A stretch of DNA of 64,000 nt, taken from assembly GCA_051313645.2 (NCBI GenBank), contig JBNRSN020000008.1, positions 167,400,001 to 167,464,000 of the forward strand, written 5' to 3'. The DNA is from Centroscyllium fabricii (lineage: Eukaryota). The translations under genes were made by a program, and so were the position numbers. Positions 10,789 through 21,294 of the stretch are shown here, one piece after another; within the stretch, counting starts at the first letter, position 1, and every line of letters starts with the position of its first letter. A model generated the notes under the pieces. The model saw only the letters and a program-made list of their open reading frames with translations, made no database searches and had not been told where the DNA came from.

Positions 10789-11779
10789 ATGTGAAAAAGT
10801 ACAAGTGGGATGTGTGTGGGGATGACTGCTTTATCCTGTGTGCATCAATAGGCTCAACCCACAACAGGTGTGGTCACACCTAGTTCAATTAGACTGACTC
10901 AAGCCAGGTGCGACTGCTTAAATCAGCCATCCCCAGAAACTTTTTAATCTAGGTCAACTATAAATTAAAAAAAAGGCCAGCTGGCTAAACCAGTTATTTA
11001 GCTAGTTGGCATTAACAAATACCATTACTGAGGTTGGTTCATCAAAGACTGTTACATGACACTTAACCTCAATATCATAGAACTAAAATGAACTGTAGTA
11101 GGATATATTTATACTTTTGTCACTGTGAGAATGTCCAACTTGCGGTTGGAACATAAATGGACAAACTTTACAGCACCCGTGGCATGGTGGTGTTTGTCTC
11201 TCCACTTACAGCTCTCATCTGTTCTCACTGGCTGCCATTTATACCCCAGCTGAGCTGATGAGCTTGGACTGCACCATGTCAAGGGGGGGGGGGGTGTTTA
11301 AGAACCGCTCATCCAAACAAGTTCAAACTTGATACTGCATTTCCCTGGGTCCTCAGCAACACACCTGCCAAATGTCGACTTCATACAGTGTTCGGTTTAC
11401 AAGATATATCATTGTATATGTAATAATAGTGGATGGCGGCCATTTTGAATTACAATAATTTCCCATCATGCAATTCCTTGCAACTTTTTTCCTCTCATTC
11501 AGGACATATTTAGGACACAAAATCAGTTGAGTTTGTTTGTGTTGCAATTAGTGGGAGGTCAAGTGACATTATTACTGGACTAATTCCCAGCCGTTAAGTT
11601 TATGATCTGCATCAACCAAACCCAATATATTAAAAGAGATTTATATACAACAGTAGCAGTGGATGTGGAACCTGGCATGCATGCTAAACAGATATTTCCA
11701 GTCTTCACATTGCAGAAGGAAGATATAATGCAAGAGGGTTTAGGGAAAACTAAAGATTAATGAAGGGAAGAAATTTAAA

Positions 11780-12840
11780 TGATTAATTTAAAGCAGAAAC
11801 ATTGTAATGGGACGAAATCATGAAACCACACAAATCACCAGACCCAGTTTCAAACTGAGTATTAAAAGTAGGAGGCAAATAATTGGAGATGCATTCATTA
11901 GAACCTTCTAAAGCTCACTAGATTGAGGGACAGTACAAGAGGTCTGGAAGGTAGCAAATGTTACACCTTTATTCAAAAAGGAGCAAGGTGAAAAACCAAG
12001 TAACAACAGACCAGAGAGGTTAATTTCAGTAGTGGGAAGATTTCAAGAATACATTAAGGAGAGAGTAAATGTGCTCTTGGAAAGATATGAACCGAAATGG
12101 GGTATTCATCACGTTTTTTGCAACAGGTGGATCATGTCAAACAACCTATTAGAGCTCTTTGTCAGAGACATTGAAGTGGTGCATAGATGAGGTTTATTAG
12201 GTGGTGTATTCAGAGATTTGTTAAGATGCCACACAAGAAGCTGAACGCTAACATTGAGGCACATGAAATTGGAGACAGTTTTTTGGCTTGGATAGGAAAC
12301 TGGTTGAAAGGTAGGAGGTAGACAATTGGGATAAAAGGGATAATGTCGGATTGGCAAGCAGTAATGAGTGCTATCCCCACCATCTCCGGGAAATATTGGA
12401 GGAGTTAGAAGCAGTTTTAGGGGTTCAGGTACATAAATCATTAAAAGCTAGCCTTCCAGTGCAAATAGTAATCAAAAAGGCTAATGTGATACGGGCTTCA
12501 TCACAGGAGATCCTGAACAAAAAGGCAATAAGTATTACTTCAATTATGCAGAATGCTTGTCATACATCATTTGGAGAAATTTGGCCGTAGCAACGAATTG
12601 CTTGCTCAGAGAAAATCCAACAACTATTTACCAGGATAATACCTGGGATGTAGAGACGGAGTTATTGTGAGATTCTGTAAACATTGCTTCTATACCCAGT
12701 AGATGAGGAGTTTAAGTGATGATCTGACTGAGGTGTTTCAAATAATGAAGGGAATTGATGGGGAATCCAGAACAAGAGGACATAATCCTAGAATTCTAGT
12801 TAAAAGTAAATCCAGGAATGATTTTTTCCAAAGGGCTGCA
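11780..12840 (+). mobile_element. Highly degenerate CR1 ORF2 remnant
   Basis: WKVANVTP..FKK (~11945) and other RT-region motifs, with large deletions. Confidence 0.65.
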
Positions 12841-12845
12841 AGATG

Positions 12846-13010
12846 TAGAATCATAGAATCCCTACAGTGCAGATAGAGGCCATTTCAGCCCATCGAGCCT
12901 GCACCGACACATATCCCACCCTATCCCCGTAACCCCACATATTTAATCCCCCCAACACTAAGGGTCAATTTATCCTGGACAATCAACCTAACCCGCATAT
13001 CTTTGGACTG
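12846..13010 (-). mobile_element. 5'-truncated V-SINE, tail type A
   Basis: Reverse complement of ...GGCCTCTATCTGCACTGTAGGGATTCTATGATTCTA. Confidence 0.85.
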
Positions 13011-13810
13011 AAAGGAGATAACTCTTATTTCCCAAGTTAACAGTCGAAGAGAAATGGAGAAAAGGCAGCCAATTAGGAGTTGTTATGGCTAACTGAATGG
13101 CAGAGCAGAAATGGTGGGTTGAATGGTCGACATCTGTTTCCACATTCCCAAAATAAGATTGGCTATTAAAAATTAAACTGCCCAAATGATTAGCATAAAA
13201 AAATCAAGCTACCTGACCGAGTATTAGTAATGGCAGATCAGAAGATCACAAGACAAATTAAGAAGGCTATTCAGTCCAGCCTATCTACAAATCCCCCATT
13301 ACAATGTCCTTAAATAAACTTGATCCAGTTGATCAGTTTTGCGAGAAGAACTTCCTGATATCAGTTATGAAATCTGTCTGTCACTAATTTGAATTTGTGC
13401 CTCCTTGTCCCACTATCAACAATTTAACTTGAGGATTTACCATCTTGCATAACTGTATGATGTCAATCAATCGTCTCCCAAGTTTGAAGAGGTGAAACTT
13501 GTTTTATTCTTTCCTCATAACTCAGTCCTCAATTCTTGAGATCAGCCTCCATGTCTTGGATCATTCTCCTAACTGAGGATTTCTCCAGTCAAGTTGACAT
13601 CTGGTTAGATGTCCACTTAATGCAAGACTACAACTCAAAACGACCTTGTCGACAAATCAAGGTACACGCCACCTATAAAATTTTACATAGCTGCACCTAA
13701 AACAAAATCAGCATCAAACTGGAACTTGCCTACCTAGTTATACTCATTAAAAATGAGTCATAGAGTAATTAATTGCAATTCAATTATCTTCAGATCAATA
13801 GAATCATAGC

Positions 13811-14122
13811 TCACGGTGGCATAGTGGTTAGCACTGTTGCCTCACAGCACTGGAGACCCAGGTTCAAGTCCGGCCTCGGGTGACTGTGCAAACTCCACAC
13901 AGATATTCTCCCCGTGTCTGCGTGGGTTTCCTCCAGGTGCTCCGGTTTCCTCCCACAGTCCAAAGATGTGCGGGTTAGGTTGATTGTCCAGGATAAATTG
14001 AGCCTTAGTGTTAGGGGGATTAAATATGTGGGGTTACGGGGATAGGGTGGGATATGTGTCAGTGCAGGCTCGATGGGCCGAAATGGCCTCTATCTGCACT
14101 GTAGGGATTCTATGATTCTATG
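13811..14122 (+). mobile_element. V-SINE, tail type A, with an internal micro-inversion
   Basis: tRNA-like head, V-domain and (ATTCTATG)n tail. Confidence 0.88.
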
Positions 14123-14563
14123 AATAGAGTGGTTAGATTTAATTCCCAGAAAAAATTATGTTTCAGCCATGAAAGCTAATAGGTACCCTCTTTGCATTCG
14201 AGAAATTGAAAGCATAACCACAAAACTGTTAAACCAACTTTCCTTTTAATTCTTTGTTTTTTAGTTCTTTGATGTGGTCGTGCTCTCAGAAATAGAATTT
14301 ACATTTCAGCTGCCATGCAACTAATAGTTTAAAATTGACAAAGTATTTACATTACAGTAGAACTTTACAAAAGAGGTGGTTAAGTACCAGGCCCTCAAAG
14401 AATACATCAAGTTCTTTAATGAAAGTGTTTAATTATTATGTTATATTATTAATAAAGCAAATCTGGGTTCCCTTTCATTCTGTATTTTATCCATGCAAAT
14501 GAGAATTTAATAAGTTGATTATTAATGATTCAGTGTCTGCTGATTCAACACAATACTAATCAC

Positions 14564-14703
14564 CAATGTCCTCTTTAAGCTGTGTGGCTGCGCAGCGCTC
14601 GAGCTCCTGCACAGCCGGCTCACTGGCTTTTAAATGGGAGAACCATGCAAGCGCAGTATCTTGAATGGGTCGCGCACCAAAAAAAAATTAAAAGGGAACA
14701 TTG
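14564..14703. mobile_element. 140-bp hAT-type MITE
   Basis: TIRs CAATGTCCTCTTTAA / TTAAAAGGGAACATTG; perfect 8-bp TSD CTAATCAC (14556-14563, 14704-14711). Confidence 0.85.
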
Positions 14704-14772
14704 CTAATCACTGCACTTATTTTAGAACTATCAAATTATATTTCAGACAGTTAAGTTTCAGTAGTCCCATAC

Positions 14773-14855
14773 CTGACAGCAGCTAACCGCACCTTGATAC
14801 TAGACTCAGCTAAGCCAGTCACAATTCGATCCATCATATTTTCAGTCTCAATAAT
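14773..14855 (-). CDS. ARMC8: ARMC8 exon (~13): [27 protein letters not shown](R)
   Basis: 83 nt; ttctag acceptor, gtatgg donor; follows a ~20-kb intron. Confidence 0.96.
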
Positions 14856-15435
14856 CTAGAACAAAAAGTTAACAGTAGCATAAATAACCAACAGGGTTTG
14901 ACACTTCACAAATTCACTGAGGCACAATTAAATCTAGCCTTTGCACTTTACAAGTCATATTTTAGTTGTAGTTAAGCAAAATGCAGACAAAAAGATTCAA
15001 ACAGTTTTCACAAACTTTGTGGCTTCCAACATTTGTGCTATAAAATGAAGACGGAATAATTTCATAGCAGAAACTCACATATACGGGCTGGTGGGGGGGG
15101 GGGAAATAGTAGGTGATAGCAAACTGTACCAGTCCCTTAATCACAAGTGGGGGTCGAGTTGCTATATATTTTGTATTACCTGGCACCACCCAATCTACGT
15201 TTTGCCCTCGACAAAAGTGTAATAAAGCTTGCAAGCAAACGAAAGGCCATCCAGCAGTGAAGACAACACATGGTCTGTCTTCACGCAGGAACAGCAGTCG
15301 TTCTTGTAATGAACTGCACTTGTAGGAAGCTCCCAGGCATTTGTCCATCTTCTGGGCATAGTAACTCAGTCAATCTAAGAAATGGAGATCGTCAAACACA
15401 TCTTGATTGGCATTTGTCTGTATTCTAAACCCATT

Positions 15436-15601
15436 CACAGTCCAAAGATGTGCGGGTTAGGTTGAATTGGCCAGGATAAATTGACCCTTAGTGTTAGGGG
15501 GATTGAATATGTGGGGTTATGGGGATAGGGTGGGATATGTGTCGGTGCAGGCTCGATGGGCTGAAATGGCCTCTATCTGCACTGATGGGATTCTATGATT
15601 C
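15436..15601 (+). mobile_element. 5'-truncated V-SINE, tail type A
   Basis: Matches 13954-14122. Confidence 0.85.
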
Positions 15602-15949
15602 AAAGACTGAAAGCACTAGGTTTTCATCTGTTTTTAAAAGTGATGCTAAAAATTGGTTACTAAGTGACATATTTGAAATAAATAATTCTCATATTTGGTT
15701 ATTTTGATCGCCCTGCGACAACTTTATTCTCAGTAATGAAAACAAAACAACGGATGCTGCCCGGCCTGCTGAGTGTTTCCAGCGTTTTCGGTTATTTCAG
15801 ATTTCCAGCATCCGCAGTATTTTGCTAACATAAGGGGTTTGTTGGATTAACATATCTTTCTGTACACCCTTGGTACATGGAAATAAACAAGAATCAAGGG
15901 GAGAAAAATCTTGGGCAACTTGCAAAGTTATAAAGACTTTAAGTATTTC

Positions 15950-17165
15950 CCGCTACTCCATGTTTGAATCCCTGCAATCAGGTTTCCACCCCCGCCACAG
16001 CACTGAAATGGGCTTTATCAAAGTCACAAATGATTGTGACCGCGGTACACTAGCCCTTCCCACCTTTCTTGACCGATCTACAGCCTTTGACACAGTTGAC
16101 CACACCATCTTCCTCCAGTGACTCTTCTCCATTATCCAGTTGGGTGGGACTGCCATCGCCTGGTTCGAATACCTATCTGTCCATTCATAGCCAGAGAATC
16201 TCCAACTCTCCCACACTGTTGCCTCTGGACCCCCTCCCCCCCCCCCCAGGGACCTATCCATGGCCCTCTCCCATTTCTCATCTACATGCTGCCCCTCGGC
16301 GACATCACCACGACCACCTCTCGACCCCTCCACTGCCTGCGATTCCTCACGCGGATTGTCCAACATCCAATATTGGATGAGCAGAAATTTCCTCCAATTA
16401 AATATTGGGAAGACAGAAGCCACTGGCGACGGTCCCTGCCAGGAACTATGTTGCCTAGGCACTGAATCCATCCCCCTCCATGGTCACTGACTGTTCGCAA
16501 CCTCGGCATCCTATTTGACGGAGCGGAGCTTCGACCCCACATTCTCTCCATCACCAAGACTGCCTACGTCCACCTCCAGAATATCGCTCGTCTCTGCCAC
16601 AGCTTCGGCCCATCTGCCGTTGAAGCGCTCTTCCATGCTTGTGTTACTTCCAGACTCAACTATTCCAATGCTTTCCCAGCAAGCCTCCCACCGACTAACC
16701 TCCAGAAACTCGAGCTCATCTAAAACTCTGCTGGCTGTATCCTAACCCGCACCAAGTCCCGTTCATCCATCGTCCCTGCGCTCAGTGACCTACATTGGCT
16801 GCTGGTCCAGCAACGTCTCGAATTTCAAATTCTCAGGTGTTCAAATCCCTCCATGGCCTAGTCTCCCCCCCCCTCCAAATCTCTGCAACCTCCTCGGGCC
16901 CTACAACCCTCCAAGATCTCTGCATTCCTCCAATTCTGGTCTCTTGCTCATCTCTGATGGTCACCAATGGTGGAGTGTTGGCAATGTTTTCAGCTGCCTA
17001 AACCTGAAGTTCTGGAATTCCCTCCCTAAACCTTTCCCTCCTCAAAACCTACCTCACCTGTCCTTGTATCTCTGTCAAATTTTGTTTGAGAATTCTCCTG
17101 TGAAGAGCCTTGAGACATTTTACTACGTTCAAGGCGCTACAAAAATGCAGGTAGTTGTTGCTGTG
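15950..17165 (+). mobile_element. L2-clade LINE remnant (RT and C-terminus)
   Basis: QSGFHPRHSTE, AFDTVDHTI, NFLQLNIGKTE, LHWL motifs; tail AAGGCGCTACAAAAATGCAGGTAGTTGTTG. Confidence 0.8.
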
Positions 17166-17542
17166 GTAAAGACAAAATTCAATTTCACGTCCCCAGTGGA
17201 TAGTCAAAATCAACCCCATAAAAATCAGGCCTTACGTTAGCCTTTTCTTCAAGTAATCCTTCTAAAAATATACTACTCCTTAAGAGAAAAATGTATTACC
17301 AGTTTTACCTGGCAATGTGTAGCCTCCCAATCAGGGATTCCATTTCCAAGGCAGGCTATCTCCTGGGAGTCTGAGACACTGACAGTTGCATCCAGCCTCA
17401 GCCTCAATACCCACAGCTTTGTAACACACCAGCTTTCAAAAACTCTCTCCAAAAAGGTTCCACCGCGCCTCCCCCACTCCCAAAATCAACACATGCATCA
17501 GAAGCAGAATTTTCTTAATAGTTATCGGAATGCATTAGCCCT

Positions 17543-17800
17543 TGAGGGCATTCCAAGTCAACCATGTAGTGTGGGACTAGAGTTACATGTAGGCCAGACC
17601 AAGTAGAGGTAAGAGACCCCTTCCCGAAAGGACAATAGTGAACCACTAGGTTTTTACAATAATCCGGCAGCTTTCACGGACATTTTTTCCTGTGCTAACC
17701 CAGCAACTTATTGAATTCAGTTTCACAATTTACCACGGTGTCATTTGAACTCGACCTTTGGGTTGCTAGTCCAGCACCATAACCACGAGGCTATTGTACC
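17543..17800 (-). mobile_element. tRNA-derived SINE related to the 5' end of the LINE at 21295-25310
   Basis: Reverse complement has ..TGGACTAG.AACC.. and GAGTTCAAAT, plus GTAAAAACC..TGGTTCACT..TGTCCTTT.GGGAAGG blocks shared with 21315-22370. Confidence 0.6.
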
Positions 17801-18351
17801 CCTTTAAGGAATCCCAAAGACAGCAGTGACCTCTCAGTTCCTGATTTTTCCCCTTAAACTTGCACTTCACATGCAAGCAATTTTTAAAATAAAATTAAGT
17901 ACAGCAAGCTGCATTCAGATGTATTTATTCCACAACTTGAAATTTTAGGTCAAGCACTGTGTTAATTTCAAATCTCGAGCAATACATGGAGGTTACTGAT
18001 AATCTTACAGCCTGTTCTTAGATGGTACAAACTTGACTTTAAACCTGATCCTCACAGGGGTCATTTTACCAAAATGTCATTATAAATTGGTACATGCAGG
18101 AGATAAAATAACACTGGCATAATCACTGAAATCAACAATATACCACTTGAACAGACATTACTGCATGTCTACTATTCAATTGACAATTATTCTGGAGTAA
18201 AAACAGCATTTTAGCACAGTAATATAGCATCTATTCTCACAAATCATCCCCCACCATCAAAGTTTTACCACTGTACTTAATACCCATTCTACATCATAAA
18301 TTATCACATTTTGTAACAGCAATAAAAAAAATGCCAACTCAACTTCCCATT

Positions 18352-18785
18352 ATAGAATCATAGAATCGCTACAGTGCAGATAGAGGCCATTTTGGCCCAT
18401 CGAGCCTGCACAGACACATATCCCACCCGATCCCTGTAACCCCACATATTCCCACCCTATACCCGTAACCCCACATATATAATCCCCCTAACACTAAGGG
18501 TCAATTTATCATGGCCAATCAACCTAACCCGCACATCTTTGGACTGTGGGAGGAAACCGGAGCACCCGGAGGAAACCCACGCAGACACAGGGAGAATGTA
18601 CAAACTCCACACAGTCACCCGAGGCTGGATTTGAACCCGGGCCCCTAGCGCTGTGAGGTAACAGTGCTAACCCTATCCCCGTAACATATCCCACCTTATC
18701 CCCGTAACCCCACATATTTAATCCCCCCAACACTAAGGGTCAATTTATCCTGGCCAATCAACCTAACCCGCACATCTTTGGACTA
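18352..18785 (-). mobile_element. V-SINE tail type A with internal duplication and an adjoining partial second copy
   Basis: CCCACCC.AT.CC.GTAACCCCACATAT is repeated at 18422 and 18451; the segment is re-iterated at 18670-18785. Confidence 0.85.
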
Positions 18786-21294
18786 TATTACAAATTGGTT
18801 ACAATCATGCAGTAGAAACTTGGATTTTTTGGGGGGGAAGGGGGGCTGGTGGGGGAAGTATTTATACTTTTCTTCAAGAGCTTAGTTGGCAAATGAAAAC
18901 TCCTTCAAAAAAATAAACTGGTACTTAAGAAAACATGACCAGTCTCAATTCAACCAGCACCATCTATTGAAAATTAAAATTCAATGTACAAATGCGAAAT
19001 GTTTAAAATATTTATATACCTGAAAAGTTTGCCTCTGGAAATGTTTATATCTATTTACAGTGAAAGGTATCCATTTATCATGTTGCTGGTTGGAAAATGA
19101 AACTAATCCTGCTTCAATCTGTATCTTGTCATTAGTAAATCTTTCCATCTAAAGTGCTTCTTGGTTAAAGATTACTTTTTAAATTACCAACTTTACAATT
19201 ACTGTACTTATTTCTTTTGTGACATTTTGGAGTCATAACCAGCAAAATGTGCCAACGTTGTTATTATTACAAGGTTCCTTCCCAGCCATTGTCACATGTA
19301 ATTCAGAATTGTGTGCAGTTGGAATGAACAATAGTTATAACTTTAGATAAACTGCAAACACAAAGCTTTGGTTGCTGTGGACTTCGTCTGAATATTACAA
19401 AGAACAGAAATACAGTAAATACATAACAGATCTGTCAGCGATCATAAAGAGATGATGTGTTAAAGTTTTGGGTCTACAGTTGAAAAGTTAAACTATCTTT
19501 TCACTTTTCAAATGCTACAGACCCGCTGTGTACTTACAGCTTCCTGTTTTTATTTCAGATTTCCAGCAGTTGCAGTTTTCTTTCTTTAATCTTAACGCTA
19601 AATTACAACCTCCCACTATCATTTTTTTAAATCACAAAATACAAGTTCAATGAAATGGAAACAATGACGTCAGAGGCTAATCGTGCCGAACCTATGCTGA
19701 GGACTGATAACAGCACTAGAATACTGTTGAAAGATTCACAGAGCAATATGCAAGCATTACACCTTTTCCCTATTTTCTAGCCAAGCGAACTGGCAAGAAG
19801 CCTCTGCTTCATCAAGACAAATCTTGGCTAGGAACTGAAACCTGGCCGAGGGGGGGGGGCGGGGGGAGAAATTAGTGTGTGCAGGGGCCGGGGGGGTGGG
19901 GAGCGGAAAGAGAGACAGCACTAATCCACATCTAATCACTACCGCGGTCACTCTGTGCACCATGACAAATGGATCTAAATGTAAGCAACTTAGCTGGGTG
20001 CATTTTATTTTTCTATATATATATACACACACACAATTACATTTCTTTAGCTGAAAGTGCATTTTGTGTTCATAACATTTAAAATCCTCTCAAAGCTTTT
20101 TGCAGTGGGACAGAACACAACAGTCCCCATCGCTTAGCACTGGCAGATTCGTGTGAATGCGATTTGCCCGTCATGCACGATAGCCGGTATAACGCAGAAG
20201 CACTATATGATGGATTCACTGAAAATGAAACTTTTGTCTTGCTTAGGCTGCACTTACACTACATCTGTTGCCAAGAGGCTGCACAATATATCAATGGCCA
20301 GGGTCAGACTCAACTCCAGAGCAAAGCTTCTTCCGAGGGATCTCACCCTGATTTGCTCCCGAGTACTCTGACTGGCTCCTGAGTCAGGGTGCGTCCTTGA
20401 CTTGGTTTGTTCTACAATGTTCGTGTTGATGCGAAGTGAAATGGCCTCACACTGATGCCACAGTTGCAGTGTAAATGTGACCTTAAATTGAACTCCTCTG
20501 AAAGCCAGAACTCCTCTCTGCTCTGAAGTGCAGGTGGGAATTATTATGAGCTCCACAGTCCTCGAGGTGATTTTCATCTGTTGATGTGCCTAAATCTAAG
20601 CATTAGATAACTCCGTCGCCAAACAACCATTAAACAACCCAAACACATAACTTGGGCATAAAATTTCAGCTGCTGGGATTATTGTGCATGAAGTGTTATT
20701 TTTGTTAAATATATTTTTGAAAACAAGCAGTAGATTTGCATGTGTACTTTACTCATACAACATCACAGGTGAGTAAGCACAGCTGTTTCTGCCCGAAATA
20801 AACAGACACTATAACCGGCAACTTCGAAATTGACATCAACAGAAATGGCTAATGGCCATCACTGTTTGGCCAAAATAAGCAATTGTCTGTTAAACCTGGA
20901 CGTTTTAAGTAGTGAGGACTGGACTTAATAAAAATAAAATTTGAATAGAGTCCCTTCTATCCAGCTAACCATCACTGGCTGAACCAGGGCATCCTGCGAT
21001 GTCTGTTGATATCCCACTACACTGCCAAATCTTTGTGCTCACAATAAAAAGGCTTGCATTTATATTGCACTTAATCACATCTCTCAGAATGAGTTCCTTT
21101 AAAGTGTAGTTACTGTTGTCTTAGCAAACACAAATGCCATTCTGCGTACAGCAAGACACAACAAACAGCAGCAGGTTGTTTAGTGGCATTGGCTGAGGAA
21201 GGAATGACCTGAAAACTATGTTTTTTTGAATAATGAAAAGTGAACTTCAACATCTACAGGAACATGCATCTTGATTTAATGTCTCACATTAGGG

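Larger units (their letters stand above)
9202..11582 (-). mobile_element. Academ(X)-type DNA transposon, internal deletion derivative
   Basis: Ends TAGTCCAG...CTGGACTA; ~100-bp inner imperfect TIRs (9232-9335 vs ~11459-11562); flanks ACT/ATT; encodes an XPG/H3TH-like motif and a Cys-rich C-terminus. Confidence 0.75.

Noticed and set aside
17306-17440. Possible H/ACA snoRNA on the minus strand (TAGCCT/AGGCTA hairpin followed by ACA)
   Set aside because: No ANANNA H box and no convincing 5' hairpin at the right spacing
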